The position numbers were made by a program, and so were the translations under genes. A DNA stretch of 64,000 bases, taken from contig JAVJQW010000019.1 of NCBI GenBank assembly GCA_040218735.1, positions 320,001 through 384,000 on the forward strand. Direction: 5' to 3'. This document shows positions 38,714-49,405 of the stretch, piece after piece (within the stretch, counting starts at the first letter, position 1; each line of letters begins with the position of its first letter). Below the pieces are notes generated by a model. The model made no database searches. It saw only the letters and a list, made by a program, of their open reading frames with translations, and was not told where the DNA came from. Source of the DNA: Deltaproteobacteria bacterium (GTDB taxonomy: Bacteria; Myxococcota; Kuafuiibacteriia; Kuafuiibacteriales; Kuafuiibacteriaceae).

Positions 38714-39964
38714 GTGTCCTCGCGCCGCGACCGTCGCCGTCTCCTCCGCGCGCTCGCGCGCCTCGAGCGCACCGTGTTCCTCGACGACGGCGAAGTGCCC
38801 CCACGGCGCGAAGTCGTCGACCGACACCGCGCCCAAGTCGACGACGTCGAGCTACAAGAACGCACCGCCGCACTCCTCGCGCTCGTCGATGATCCCGCGG
38901 GGGATCGGCGCGTTGCCTACCGGGATCGCTACGGCGTCGCCGGCGTTCGTCGCTTCACGAGCGACGCCGGCGATCGCATCTATCAAATGCGCGCCGAGAC
39001 GTTCCCCGGGCACGTGAACTGGGTCTACTTCGTCGCGGGTCAGACGCCGTCCGGCGAGGACATCGCGCTCCTGTGGGACGTCGGCTCCGGCGTCGAGAGC
39101 ACCAACGACGAGATCGAAGAGGACCTCGAAGTCGTACACCGCGTCTTCGAAGAGAAGAACGCGACACTCGACCGACTCACGCAGCTCGTCATCAGCCACG
39201 CGCACATCGATCACTTCGGCGGCGCTGTGCACTTCACCGAGCGCGCACCGCAGGCCCCGCTCGCCGTGCACGAGCTCGACGCGCGCGTCCTCGAGAACTT
39301 CGAGGAGCGCCTCGTCGTCGCGTCGAAGGACCTCGGCGTCTACATGAAACGCAGCGGCCTGCCGCGCGAGAAGATCGACGAGCTCGAAGCGATGCACCGC
39401 CTCAGCAAGGAGCTGTTCCGTTCGGTGCGCGTCGACCGACGACTCCGCCACGGGCAACGCGTCGCCGAGCGCTACGAAGTCATCCACACGCCCGGCCACT
39501 GCCCGGGGCACATCTGCCTGCGCGTCGGCGACCACCTCCTCGTCGGGGATCAGGTGCTCGATCCGATCACGCCGAACATCCCGCCGCAGTCGATCACCCC
39601 GTTCACCGGCCTCGAGAACTACATCAACGGGCTGGTGCGATTGCGAAAGGTCGAAGGCATCACCGTGGCGCTCCCCGCGCACGCGGAGGTCATCACGGAT
39701 CTGGGCGCACGCATCGACGCGATCCTCGACCATCACCGCGCTCGCCTCGACGCAGCGCTCGCCGGCGCGGAAGCACCGGCGACGGTGGCCCAGATCGCGG
39801 AGGTGCTCTACGGCCAGCGCGAGGGGTACGACGTGTTGCTCGCGATCCTCGAGGCGGGCGCGCACGTGGAGTACTTGAACGAGATGGGGCGGTTGAGGAT
39901 CGCGAACCTCGACGAGGTCCAGGCGGAGCGGGATCCGGTGATGAGGTACGAGGCCTCATCGTAG
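38714..39964 (+). CDS. Metallo-beta-lactamase fold hydrolase
   Basis: [25 protein letters not shown]; start uncertain. Confidence 0.9.
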   Translation: MSSRRDRRRLLRALARLERTVFLDDGEVPPRREVVDRHRAQVDDVELQERTAALLALVDDPAGDRRVAYRDRYGVAGVRRFTSDAGDRIYQMRAETFPGHVNWVYFVAGQTPSGEDIALLWDVGSGVESTNDEIEEDLEVVHRVFEEKNATLDRLTQLVISHAHIDHFGGAVHFTERAPQAPLAVHELDARVLENFEERLVVASKDLGVYMKRSGLPREKIDELEAMHRLSKELFRSVRVDRRLRHGQRVAERYEVIHTPGHCPGHICLRVGDHLLVGDQVLDPITPNIPPQSITPFTGLENYINGLVRLRKVEGITVALPAHAEVITDLGARIDAILDHHRARLDAALAGAEAPATVAQIAEVLYGQREGYDVLLAILEAGAHVEYLNEMGRLRIANLDEVQAERDPVMRYEASS

Positions 39965-39973
39965 GCACCAGGA

Positions 39974-40212
39974 ACCCTTGAACTTGAACTTGAACTTGCC
40001 CTTGCCCTCCGGAGCGATGCGGTCGCGCCGAGGGAAGGGAAGGTTGGACGGCGTCGGCTCGAGCGATCTTCTACTGCGTGGAGTCGAATCCTGGCCCTGA
40101 GTCGCGGAAGGGGAGGTTGAACGACTCGGGGTGTCGATCGGCTGTTCTACTGAGTGGATTCGGACGGCCTTGCCCTCAGGGCAAGTTCAAGGGCAAGTTC
40201 AAGTTCAAGGGT
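39974..40212. repeat. 239-bp intergenic element with 19-bp perfect terminal inverted repeats built from AACTTG hexamers
   Basis: acccttgaacttgaacttg (39974-39992) and caagttcaagttcaagggt (40194-40212). Confidence 0.85.
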
Positions 40213-40238
40213 GATGTCGTCGCTCGCTTCGCTCGCGA

Positions 40239-43200
40239 CTACATCAGGAGCAACTCCAGATCCTCCAGCGTCAGTGCCCCCGTCAGGTGGTTCGACGCGT
40301 CGATCACCGCGTCGGCCAGCGCGCGCTTCTTCGCGTGCAGCTCCAGGATCTTCTCCTCCACCGTCCCCGCGGTGATCAGCCGGTACGCGAACACCGGGCG
40401 CTCCTGGCCGATGCGGTGCGCGCGGTCGATCGCCTGCGTTTCGACGGCCGGGTTCCACCACGGATCGAGGATGAAGACGTAGTCGGCCGCCGTGAGGTTC
40501 AGGCCGAAGCCGCCGGCTTTGAGGCTGATGAGGAAGACCTCGCAGGCTTCGTCGTTCTGGAACGTCGACACTACTTCGGCGCGGTTCTTCGTGCTGCCGT
40601 CGAGGTAGGCGTAGCGGATCGACTCCTTGTCGAGGCGCTGCTTCACCAGCTGCAGCAGCTGTACGAACTGCGAGAAGACGAGCGCCTTGTGCCCCTCTTC
40701 GGTGACCTCGCGGAGCTGCTCGACCAGCGTGTCGAGCTTCGCGCTGCCCTTCTTCTTGCGTTTGTCGTCCAGGAGCCCCGGGTGACACGCGGCCTGGCGC
40801 AGGCGGAGCAGCGCCTCGAGCACGTGGATGCGCGACTTGTCGAAGCCGTGCGTCTCGATGCGCTGCTTGAGGCTGGAGCGGTAGTGCCCGAGGAGCTCGT
40901 CGTAGAGGCGGCGCTCGTCTTCGTCCTGCTGCACGTACAGCGTGAGCTCCGTCTTCTCGGGGAGCTCCGCGAGGACCTGGTTCTTCGTGCGTCGGAGGAT
41001 CATCGGGCGCAGCCCGCGCGCGATGAGCTCGAGCCCCCGTCCATCCTTGTCCTTCACGAGGCGGCCGAACTCGCGGCGCGAGCCGAGCATCTTCGGGTTG
41101 AGGAACTCGAAGATCGACCACAGCTCGAGCAGGTGGTTCTCGACCGGTGTGCCCGACAACGCGAGGCGATGATCCGCCTGCAACACGCGGCACGCCTTGC
41201 TCGCGAGTGAGCTGGCGTTCTTGATCGCCTGCGCCTCGTCCAGGACGACGTAGTCGAAGCGGTGCTCGCGCAGCCGTTCGATGTCGCGGCGCACGGTGCC
41301 GTACGTCGTGATGATGATGTCGTACGCGTCGATGTCCTCCGCGACCTGCCAGCGATCCGGACCGGTGTAGTCGCCGATCTTCAGCGACGGCGTGAAGCGA
41401 CGCGTCTCCGCGATCCAGTTGTGCACCAGGCTGCGCGGCGCGACGACGAGCGACGCGCGCCCCTCACCCGTTCGTTTCCGCAGCCTCCGCCGCGCTTCGA
41501 GCATCGCGAGGACCTGGACCGTCTTGCCGAGACCCATGTCGTCCGCGAGGCAGCCGCCGAGTCCCGTGCGCTGCAGGAAGTAGAGCCAACCGAGCCCTTC
41601 GCGTTGGTACTGGCGCAGCTCGCCCTCGAACGAACGTGCCTCCCGGCGCGCGCGGAACCCCGTCGCCGACTTCAGGCGACGACGAAGCGCATCGAAGCGC
41701 GCGTCGACCGTGATGGCGTCGTCCTCGAGGAGCAGATCCAGGAGCGCCGCCTGGCTCGACGCGAACTGCAGCTTCCCCTTCTTCTTCGACCCGAGTTTGT
41801 CGAGCGCGCTGAAGCGCACGAGCCACTCCTCGGGGAGCATCCCGTCGGTCCCGTCGCCGAGCTTCACGAAGCCGTCGCGATCGCGAATCGCACGCAGCAG
41901 ATCCGGAAGCTCCACCGTGTGCTCGCCGAACTGGAACGAGCCGGTGAGATCGAACCAGTCCTGCCCGGACGTCAGCCGAACGTCGCTCCCGGTGAGCGAG
42001 AGCAGACGTTTGCCCTTCGCCTCGACCGAGAAGCCGCGCGTCAGGAGCGCACGCGCGACGCGCGGGACGTCGGCCGTGTCGCAGTAGATCTGATGGTCCT
42101 CGAAGCTCGCCGCCGCGTTCACGCCGAGGCCGCCAAGCTGTTCGAGGATCGCGAGCTCGCCGTCGCGGTCGCGGCGCACGAACGCACGCGCGTCTTCATC
42201 GATCCAGCCGCTGTCCGTGGAGCGCGCGTCGAAGCGCGTCGCGCCGTAGTGGAACGTGATGAGCCCGCGCGTGATGCGACCACGCTTGTCGGGCTCGAGG
42301 AACGCGACCTCGCAGCGCGGCTCGCCGACGGTCGTGTGCCAGGGTTCGGGGAGCTCGATGGGCGGTAGTTGCGGGACCTCGACCAGGCCGTCGAGGAACG
42401 CGGGGAGCGCCTCTTCGCCGAAGCGTATCGCTTCGTTGTGCGTCAGGAAGCGGACGACGTCGAACGCCGTCGCGTCCCAGCGCGCGATGCGGTCGTCGAT
42501 TACGACGAAGCCGCTCGGCAACGCGAGGCGCACCGCGGAGAGCGGCACGACCTCGTCGCCGCGGACCAGGTCGGCGGTCAGGTGGAGCTCGCGCGCGGCG
42601 TGGGGGGCGCTCGGCCGTCCGACTCCGTTGTCGCTCCCGTCATCGTCGCCGCGAGCCGCGGCGCTCGCGTCGTCGCCGTCGGTGGCTCCGGCGTCGCCAT
42701 CGCGGTGGGGGGTCGCGCTCGCGGCTCGCGCGTCGCCACGGGGGGTTGCGCTCGCGGTTCCGCCGTCGCCGTCGCGGTGGCCGGTCGCGCCCGCGGCGTG
42801 CGCGTCGCCGCTTCCATCGCGGCTCGGTGCGCCGCCTTCGACGCCGCACGCTCGCCCGTGCCCGTCCGCGTCGCCGGCGTGCGGTCGTCCGTCGTGGTTC
42901 GTGGCGTCGCTTGCGTCGGCGCGCGCTCGCCCGTCGTGGTTCGTGGCTGCGCTCGCGTCGTCGCGCGCTTGCCGGTCGCGGTTCGTGGTTCCGCTCGCGT
43001 CGCTGCTCGACCGCCCGTCGCGATTTGCCGCGGCGTCGCCGCGCGCGCGTCCGCCGTGGCTCGTCGCGGCGTCGCCGCCTGCTCGCCCGTCGCGATTCGT
43101 CGCGGCGTCGCCGTGCGCTCGCTCGGCACCGTCATCGCGGTTCGTCGCCGGCGCGTCGCTTCGCGCTCGCGCTTCCAGGGGAGATGCGCTCGCGATTCGC

Positions 43201-44258
43201 ACCTCGCGCCGCGCGCCCTCGGCGTCGTCGTCCCCGCGTGGCGACAGCGCTTCCCCAAGCAGGGTCGCGGACGCATCGTTCGGCGGCTCCTCCGGTTCCG
43301 CGTCCGGCTCCTCGAACGCGCTGATCCGCACGCGCACGCCGTACGCTACGCCCTCGTCGACGCCCAGCGTGACGAACCGCTGGCCCTCGGCGATCTGCAG
43401 CCGCCCCGTGCGCGCGAGCGCGAGGAGGGCCGCTTCGTGGTAGCCGGGCGGGACGAGGCTCGCGGTCGGCGCGTCTTGCCCGCCCGAGTTGGCGCCGGGC
43501 TCCGCGGCGGCCGACGAGGTCAGCGGGCTCGCCGCGAGCATCTGCGCGAGGCGCCGATCTTCTTCGTCGCCGAGGGTCTGCGTCTCGCGGGTGACCAGCG
43601 GCACCGGGCGCGCCTCGTCCGGTTCCGGTCCCAGCTCGTAGGCGCTCAGCACCAGGCTCGAGAGGCTCGTGCTCTGCGCGGCGTCGATCCGGTAGGCGAT
43701 GCGTCGCCGCTGGCTCCGCTCGATCGCGACCTCCACCGACGACAACCCACGCCAGTCCCCCGACGCGCGCCGGAGCGTCGTGAGCTTGCGCTCCCACTCC
43801 GGCCGTTCGTTCGTCTGCGGTAGCGGCGCCGCGTGGGCACCGGTGAAGAACCAATCGTCTTCCTTGGACAGGTTCGCTTCGTAGCTGACGACGTCGAGCC
43901 GCGACTCCAACGCGCTCGACGGCACGAGCTCGATCCCGCCCGCGTCGATCGCGAGGAGCGACGCGTACAGGTGCTTGCACTTGTGCCCCTCGAAGAAGTG
44001 CGGGCACGTGCACTCGACCTGCAACCGCGTGCGCGTCTCCACCTGCGAAAAGTCGATCGCGCAGATGTACGGCTTCTCGCGCGAGCCCTGCACCGCGGCG
44101 ACGATCGTGCGCGGGTCGGCACCCTCGATCCGGACCGCGCCGCCGCTGAAGTACTCCACCCCTCGGGAGCGGGTCCGCGTCGTGAAGGCGTGGGACACCG
44201 CGGGGATGAGTCCGGCGCTGGTGCGCACGGTCGCGGGGTTGGTGCGTGGATCCATCAA
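40239..44258 (-). CDS. SNF2-family helicase/ATPase with N-terminal SWIM zinc finger
   Basis: CTCP...CKH (SWIM); LADDMGLGKT, LDEAQ, LSGTPVEN, KAGGFGLNL, QAIDRAHRIGQ. Confidence 0.96.
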   Translation of the reverse strand: MMDPRTNPATVRTSAGLIPAVSHAFTTRTRSRGVEYFSGGAVRIEGADPRTIVAAVQGSREKPYICAIDFSQVETRTRLQVECTCPHFFEGHKCKHLYASLLAIDAGGIELVPSSALESRLDVVSYEANLSKEDDWFFTGAHAAPLPQTNERPEWERKLTTLRRASGDWRGLSSVEVAIERSQRRRIAYRIDAAQSTSLSSLVLSAYELGPEPDEARPVPLVTRETQTLGDEEDRRLAQMLAASPLTSSAAAEPGANSGGQDAPTASLVPPGYHEAALLALARTGRLQIAEGQRFVTLGVDEGVAYGVRVRISAFEEPDAEPEEPPNDASATLLGEALSPRGDDDAEGARREVRIASASPLEARARSDAPATNRDDGAERAHGDAATNRDGRAGGDAATSHGGRARGDAAANRDGRSSSDASGTTNRDRQARDDASAATNHDGRARADASDATNHDGRPHAGDADGHGRACGVEGGAPSRDGSGDAHAAGATGHRDGDGGTASATPRGDARAASATPHRDGDAGATDGDDASAAARGDDDGSDNGVGRPSAPHAARELHLTADLVRGDEVVPLSAVRLALPSGFVVIDDRIARWDATAFDVVRFLTHNEAIRFGEEALPAFLDGLVEVPQLPPIELPEPWHTTVGEPRCEVAFLEPDKRGRITRGLITFHYGATRFDARSTDSGWIDEDARAFVRRDRDGELAILEQLGGLGVNAAASFEDHQIYCDTADVPRVARALLTRGFSVEAKGKRLLSLTGSDVRLTSGQDWFDLTGSFQFGEHTVELPDLLRAIRDRDGFVKLGDGTDGMLPEEWLVRFSALDKLGSKKKGKLQFASSQAALLDLLLEDDAITVDARFDALRRRLKSATGFRARREARSFEGELRQYQREGLGWLYFLQRTGLGGCLADDMGLGKTVQVLAMLEARRRLRKRTGEGRASLVVAPRSLVHNWIAETRRFTPSLKIGDYTGPDRWQVAEDIDAYDIIITTYGTVRRDIERLREHRFDYVVLDEAQAIKNASSLASKACRVLQADHRLALSGTPVENHLLELWSIFEFLNPKMLGSRREFGRLVKDKDGRGLELIARGLRPMILRRTKNQVLAELPEKTELTLYVQQDEDERRLYDELLGHYRSSLKQRIETHGFDKSRIHVLEALLRLRQAACHPGLLDDKRKKKGSAKLDTLVEQLREVTEEGHKALVFSQFVQLLQLVKQRLDKESIRYAYLDGSTKNRAEVVSTFQNDEACEVFLISLKAGGFGLNLTAADYVFILDPWWNPAVETQAIDRAHRIGQERPVFAYRLITAGTVEEKILELHAKKRALADAVIDASNHLTGALTLEDLELLLM
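42620..43170 (-). repeat. In-frame low-complexity repeat insert (DAATNRDGRA-like units) in the SNF2 gene
   Basis: DAATNRDGRAGG / DAATSHGGRARG / DAAANRDGRSSS / DASAATNHDGRARA / DASDATNHDGRP. Confidence 0.8.
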
Positions 44259-44347
44259 GGGGAGGCTCGCGGTGAAACGGAGATCTTAGTGCCCGACCGA
44301 GACATCGGCTACCGCGGGGATCAATTGAATGCGTTTGGCGCGGGGGC

Positions 44348-45811
44348 TCAGCGCGAGCGGCGACGGAGGACGAACAGCGCGAACAGCACCAGCGCGCCCC
44401 ACCTGGACGTGCGGCCGGTGTCGGAGCAGCCGCACCCCGACGCATCTTCCATCGGCGCTTCGCCGGCATCGTTGAATCCCGCGTCGCGCGGGCGTGGAAC
44501 ACCGCCTTCGCCCGCGTCGCGTTGGGGAGTCACCTCACCGCCGTCGCGCTCGACGCCGGCGTCGGGCATTCCGCAGTCCTCGGGGTTGGCGGGACGAATG
44601 CGCCAGATTTCTCCGTCGGCGAGCGTCGTGAAGTAGATCGCCCCCGTCGGTCCCACGAAGTAGTGCACCGGCCCGCCACCTGCGCCGTGGCGGACGACGC
44701 GCACACGATCGCCGTCCACACCGTCGCGCGCGGCGTTCGGCTGCAGGTACCAGGTGCGGTTCTGCACGTAGCCGCCGAAGAAGTAGCGCCCGCGCCACGG
44801 CTCCGGCCACGAGCAGTGGTTCGCGAACACGCCGCCGGTGACGCTCCCCTGGCCGGGGTACTGGAGCGCGGGGTCTTTGCAGTCGCCGGACTGGGGCGTC
44901 GCCGTCCCGCACGCGGTGACCGGCTGGCCGTCGGCGCCTTCGCGGTAGGGCCAGCCGTGGTGTTGGTTCGGGCCGGTGGAGACGGTGATCTCCTCCCACG
45001 TGATCTCCCCGACGTCGCCGATCCACATGAACCCGGTCTGCGCGTCGAACGAGAAGCGCCACGGGTTCCGAAAGCCCCAGTTGTAGATCTCGGTGCGCGG
45101 CGTCCCGGTCGGCGTCGGCGCGACGCTCTGCCGGCACGAATTGGCGACGCAGTCGGCGACGTTGGTCTCGCCGATCAGCGCGTTCATCCCGTCGTTCGGC
45201 ACGTTGCCGTCGGGGCCCACGCGCAGGATCTTGCCGTTGAAGTTCGTGAGGCACGTTCCGAAGTAGTTGTCGGTGTTCGTGCCGGGTGAGCAGTTGCAGT
45301 TGCAACCCGTGTCGCCGACGCCGATGTAGAGCATCCCGTCGGGCCCGAACTGGATCCCTCCGCCGTTGTGGTTCGCGTTGCTCGCCATGCCGTCGAGCAC
45401 GAGCTGCGTGTTGTTGACGTCGAGCGTGTTCGCCTGCGGATCGAACTGGGCCCACACCACGCGCTGCGTGTTGTTGAGCGAGAGGTAGAAGTAGACGCGC
45501 CCGGTCGCCGCGAAGTCGGGATCGATCGCCATCCCGAGGAGCCCACGCTCGCTCCCCGCGCTCTGGATCGTGAGCCGCCCGACGTTCACCGGCGGCAGGT
45601 CCGTCACCTCGTCGTAGACGAACACGTCGCCGCTGTTCTGCGCGACGAAGAGGATGCGCCCGTCCGGCAGGAACTCCGCGGCGGTGGGGCGGTCGAGCCC
45701 GGTGAGGACGTTCTCGAGGACGAGGTCCGTCTCGAGGCCGGCCTCGAGCGTGTCCTGTGCGAGCGCGGGGGTCGTGACGAAGGTGAGGAGCAGAGCGGCG
45801 CGCCGAAACAT
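44348..45811 (-). CDS. PQQ-dependent sugar dehydrogenase-like (GSDH) propeller protein with MYXO-CTERM tail
   Basis: Signal peptide; ERGLLGMAIDPDF, HNGGGIQFGPDG, GFRNPWR, GDVG; tail SGCGCS...WGALVLFALFVLRRR. Confidence 0.92.
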   Translation of the reverse strand: MFRRAALLLTFVTTPALAQDTLEAGLETDLVLENVLTGLDRPTAAEFLPDGRILFVAQNSGDVFVYDEVTDLPPVNVGRLTIQSAGSERGLLGMAIDPDFAATGRVYFYLSLNNTQRVVWAQFDPQANTLDVNNTQLVLDGMASNANHNGGGIQFGPDGMLYIGVGDTGCNCNCSPGTNTDNYFGTCLTNFNGKILRVGPDGNVPNDGMNALIGETNVADCVANSCRQSVAPTPTGTPRTEIYNWGFRNPWRFSFDAQTGFMWIGDVGEITWEEITVSTGPNQHHGWPYREGADGQPVTACGTATPQSGDCKDPALQYPGQGSVTGGVFANHCSWPEPWRGRYFFGGYVQNRTWYLQPNAARDGVDGDRVRVVRHGAGGGPVHYFVGPTGAIYFTTLADGEIWRIRPANPEDCGMPDAGVERDGGEVTPQRDAGEGGVPRPRDAGFNDAGEAPMEDASGCGCSDTGRTSRWGALVLFALFVLRRRSR

Positions 45812-45837
45812 GGGCGCCGAGCATACCAGCGTTGGGC

Positions 45838-47643
45838 TCACGGTCTCGTGCAGGGCGCGTTGGTGCCGATCCCAATCTGTTCGATCCCATCGCGCGCCAG
45901 GACCTGATCCCGGAGCGCGTCGATCTCGCAGTCCTCCCATGACGTGTTGTTGAATGCTGTCAGGCTGAACAGCCCGCGGAGCGCAGGAAGCTCCACGGTG
46001 TGCAGATCGGAGTTGTTCGTGACGGAGAGTGCGTTCGCCGTCTCCAGGATTGGCGCCGAGAACGACTCGATGTTCTCCGTGTCGCGGAGGAAGACGGCCC
46101 TCGCGGACGTCAGGCTCGGCGTAGAGAACGTTACGACGCCCGTCGTCTCGAACAAGCTGAGCACGCCCGCCGACTCGAGCGCAGGCAGGTCGATCTGCTC
46201 CGGTCCTCGACCGTCCACGGTGAAGTTCTCGATGATCTCCAAGGCGTCGGCGTTCAGCGGCGCCCACGTGTTGCTCAACCCGATCCGCTTCGCCTCGACG
46301 AGCGACGAGAGGTCCACCGAGGCGAGCGACTCGCAGCTCGAGAACGAGATGTTCCCGATCCGCCGCAGGTTCCGGGTGACGTCGAACGAACGCAGTCGCG
46401 GGCAGTCCTGCACGTTGATCACCTCGACCGTACCCTCGATCGGCGGAGCGACGACGCGTTCCAAGGCGTTGTTGCTCGCGAATGCGAGACCGTAGTGCAC
46501 GGTCCCGAGTCGCGGGAGCCGGACCTCGACGAGCTGCGGATTGAGATGGACGACCAGCGAGCCGACCTCGGCGAGCGCGGGGAGATCGATCCGCTCCATC
46601 GTCAGGCTCTCGCCGACGCCGAGGAGCGTGCCCACGCGCGCCAGGTTGGGTATCTCGAGCGTCCGCGTCGCGTGCGCGCGAACGAGCACGAAGCGCCCCT
46701 CGACCCGCACGAGACGCTCCAAGCTCACCGATTCGACGCCTTGAAGCACCAGCGAATCCTCGACGACCTCGAGCGCGTCCAGTCGAACGCTGGTGCGCCC
46801 CACCTCGTTGCGAACGACGACGCCGCCCGCGGTACGCAACCCTTCCAGCTCGACGCGCTCGATCGCTTCATCGAAGACGGCCAGCGTGGCCGTGACGGTC
46901 TCGAGGGCGGGAAACGAAACGACACGGAGCTCTGGATTCCATTGGACGAAGACCGATTCGGTCTCCACCAGCGCGGGGAACGACGCGGAGCGCAGTTGCT
47001 CGTTGCTCATCAACACGATGGAACCCGCGTGCGTGAGCCCGGGCAGCGCGAGCTTGACCAAGTCCGAGGTCGCGCGGACGGCTCCGCCCACCGAGGTCAG
47101 CGCGTCCAGCCCCAATGTACCGCTCCCGTGGAGGAAGACGTCGCCACCGACCGTACGGAGCGCCGGGAGTGACAGCTCGGAGTCCGGCGGCGCCGACCCG
47201 AGGTTCCCGCCGACCATCTCGAGCACCGGCAGCGGCGAACCTCCGAGCGGTCGCGCTTGGACGAAGAGGCTGCCCCGAATCGTGCGGAGGGCGACAAACG
47301 CGTCTTCCTCCAACGCGATGCCATGCTGCAGCTCCACGCGACCGCCGACTTCGACCAGACAGCCTGCGAGGCCGGCCGTGACCGTTCCGGTCACCACCCC
47401 CCACTCCGCCCCTTCGAGCTCCAAGGATCCCGAGATGGTCCTCAGGGACCCGAGCCTCTCGAGCTCGCTTCCGGCGAGCGTGAGATCTCCGACGTAGTCC
47501 TCCGCGTCCGCGCACGGCTCGGGCGTGGGACGCCCTGCGTCGTTTGCGTTGGTCCCCGCGTCGCGGTCCGTGGCGACCAGGGGCTCGACGCCTCCGCAGG
47601 CGAAGAGGACGAGGCTCGCCGACAGCAGCAGGGCACGTTTCAT
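45838..47643 (-). CDS. Lipoprotein with receptor-L-domain/leucine-rich repeats
   Basis: Lipobox LFAC; many (L/F)PxLxxVgGxL and NxxL repeats. Confidence 0.85.
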   Translation of the reverse strand: MKRALLLSASLVLFACGGVEPLVATDRDAGTNANDAGRPTPEPCADAEDYVGDLTLAGSELERLGSLRTISGSLELEGAEWGVVTGTVTAGLAGCLVEVGGRVELQHGIALEEDAFVALRTIRGSLFVQARPLGGSPLPVLEMVGGNLGSAPPDSELSLPALRTVGGDVFLHGSGTLGLDALTSVGGAVRATSDLVKLALPGLTHAGSIVLMSNEQLRSASFPALVETESVFVQWNPELRVVSFPALETVTATLAVFDEAIERVELEGLRTAGGVVVRNEVGRTSVRLDALEVVEDSLVLQGVESVSLERLVRVEGRFVLVRAHATRTLEIPNLARVGTLLGVGESLTMERIDLPALAEVGSLVVHLNPQLVEVRLPRLGTVHYGLAFASNNALERVVAPPIEGTVEVINVQDCPRLRSFDVTRNLRRIGNISFSSCESLASVDLSSLVEAKRIGLSNTWAPLNADALEIIENFTVDGRGPEQIDLPALESAGVLSLFETTGVVTFSTPSLTSARAVFLRDTENIESFSAPILETANALSVTNNSDLHTVELPALRGLFSLTAFNNTSWEDCEIDALRDQVLARDGIEQIGIGTNAPCTRP

Positions 47644-47717
47644 CCCGAACAGGACAGCACAACGTCGCTGCGCGCTCCAAACGGCTGCTCGCCGTCACAC
47701 GGCGAGACGGTGCGCAT

Positions 47718-48530
47718 CTATTGCTGGTTCAGGGTCCAGTTGTAGTCGATGTACGAGACCTTCGGCGCGTCGCCGGCCTTCGTGGCCTGGGCCTCGGGGA
47801 GGTGTTTCTTCACGAACGCGACCACACCCGCGTCGCCGCCGAAGTCGGCCTTGTACCAGTTGAAGATCTGACTGAGCTTCAGCGCGCCGTCTTCGACGAC
47901 CGCGCCGGCCGGCGACGTCACGTAGCGTCGCGTCGCCGCGTCCATGCGTGCGTTCACGTCCGAGCCCTCGTAGGGCGTCGACTCCAGGATGGGGCAGCCG
48001 ATCGCGCCGCACACCAGCACGAAGTGCGTGCGCGGGTCCTTCGCGAACGGGTTGAGCACTTCCTTCTCGAGCTGGTCGAGCGTGACCTCCTGGCCGGCGA
48101 CGTTGTACTTCGCCTCCTTGAAGAAGCCCTTCACGTCGAGCACGGAGCGCGGCCGGTCGTTCTTCAGGACGGCGTACAGGACGATCGCGTTGTAGGCGTC
48201 GATGTAGAAGCCGATCTTTGCGTCGCGCGCTTCGGGGAGCGTCTTGGCGCCGATCGCCGCGATGACGCCGTCGAGCTTCGCCATGTCGTTCGCGCCCAGG
48301 CCCTTGTAGTCGACGAGCCCGTCCTTCACGTAGGTGTCGAGCAGCTCGGCGTACGCGTTGGACGCGGGCGGAGCGCTCGGCTTCTCGCCGGGGGCCGCCT
48401 CCTTCGCGGGGGCCTCCTTCGCGGGGGCCTCCTTCTGCGGTTGCGACGTCGCCTGCGTCTTGGCCGTCTTGTCGCCGTTCGACGTGCAGGCCGCGAGGCC
48501 GAGGATCAACACAGGTGCGAGCGCCTTCAT
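47718..48530 (-). CDS. DUF547 family lipoprotein
   Basis: Lipobox LAAC; GLVDY, FYIDAYN, DPRTHFVLVCGAIGCP, SQIFNWY..DF, YNWTLN. Confidence 0.92.
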   Translation of the reverse strand: MKALAPVLILGLAACTSNGDKTAKTQATSQPQKEAPAKEAPAKEAAPGEKPSAPPASNAYAELLDTYVKDGLVDYKGLGANDMAKLDGVIAAIGAKTLPEARDAKIGFYIDAYNAIVLYAVLKNDRPRSVLDVKGFFKEAKYNVAGQEVTLDQLEKEVLNPFAKDPRTHFVLVCGAIGCPILESTPYEGSDVNARMDAATRRYVTSPAGAVVEDGALKLSQIFNWYKADFGGDAGVVAFVKKHLPEAQATKAGDAPKVSYIDYNWTLNQQ

Positions 48531-48562
48531 GCGCCCCGTCTTCGGCCGGACGGACCCGACCG

Positions 48563-49405
48563 TCAACCCCCGCCCGTCGACGGTCGGCGCGGCGTCCACG
48601 GGAAGAGGTCCTTCAGCGGCGCGTCGCCGAGCGTGCGCGACTCGACGAACTGCGCGTAGAGCTCGGCTTCGTACGCGCCGAGCTTCGCGTCGTAGCTCGG
48701 TTCGTTGCGAACGAGCAGCTCGCTCGATTCGAGGAACGCGAGCGTCGCAAACGCAAACGGTACGGCGTACGCGGAGTCGGGGAGGTCGTAGAAGATCGTG
48801 TCGACGGTGCGCACCGCGAGGCCGCGGGGGATCTGCACCGTGGCGTCGAGGCGCTTCGCGAGGTTGTAGAAGACCTTCGCTCCGCGTTCGAGCGCCGCGT
48901 GGAAGCGGTCGCGGAGATCTTCGTCGGTGCCCGTCGCAGCGGTGAGCATCGCGAAGCCCACCGCGATCTCGAACGGCGCGCTGCTCTGCGTGATGAGCTG
49001 CGCGATGTCCTCCATCGCCGGCTCCTCCGGCGGATCGGCGGAGACGAACTGGTTGATGTTCTTGAGGAAGCCCTCGATGCCCTCGGGATCCTCCATCTGC
49101 TTGAAGACGTCCGGCTGCACGCCCGCCGTCGGGCGCATCGGGTCGATCGCGTCGCCCTTCTTCTTGCCCTGGTTCGCGCGCTCGCGGAGCTTGCGCTTCT
49201 TCTTGGCGGTCCCCATCACCCACTCGGTGGCGGGGCCCTCACCCGGTCCGTGCCCGCCGGGCGGACGCACGCCGCGCACGCCGCTCGCGGACCACCGCGT
49301 CGCACGCGCATCGCCGGACAGACGCCGGCCCGGAGGCACGATGCCCTTCACCCCCGGTACACCCTTCAGCCAGGGCGAGCCGCCGTCGTCGTCCTTCTTG
49401 TTCAC
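48563..49405 (-). CDS. Hypothetical protein
   Basis: GTG start overlaps the dacB stop; good codon bias. Confidence 0.65.
   Translation of the reverse strand: MNKKDDDGGSPWLKGVPGVKGIVPPGRRLSGDARATRWSASGVRGVRPPGGHGPGEGPATEWVMGTAKKKRKLRERANQGKKKGDAIDPMRPTAGVQPDVFKQMEDPEGIEGFLKNINQFVSADPPEEPAMEDIAQLITQSSAPFEIAVGFAMLTAATGTDEDLRDRFHAALERGAKVFYNLAKRLDATVQIPRGLAVRTVDTIFYDLPDSAYAVPFAFATLAFLESSELLVRNEPSYDAKLGAYEAELYAQFVESRTLGDAPLKDLFPWTPRRPSTGGG

Noticed and set aside
37174-38892. Long plus-strand ORFs across the repeat array and antisense to ssb
   Set aside because: Repeat units shift frame, composition is low-complexity Arg/Ala/Pro, and the ORFs overlap the clear ssb gene
42620-43170. Intein in the SNF2 helicase
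   Set aside because: No N-terminal Cys/Ser block or C-terminal His-Asn, and no homing endonuclease motifs
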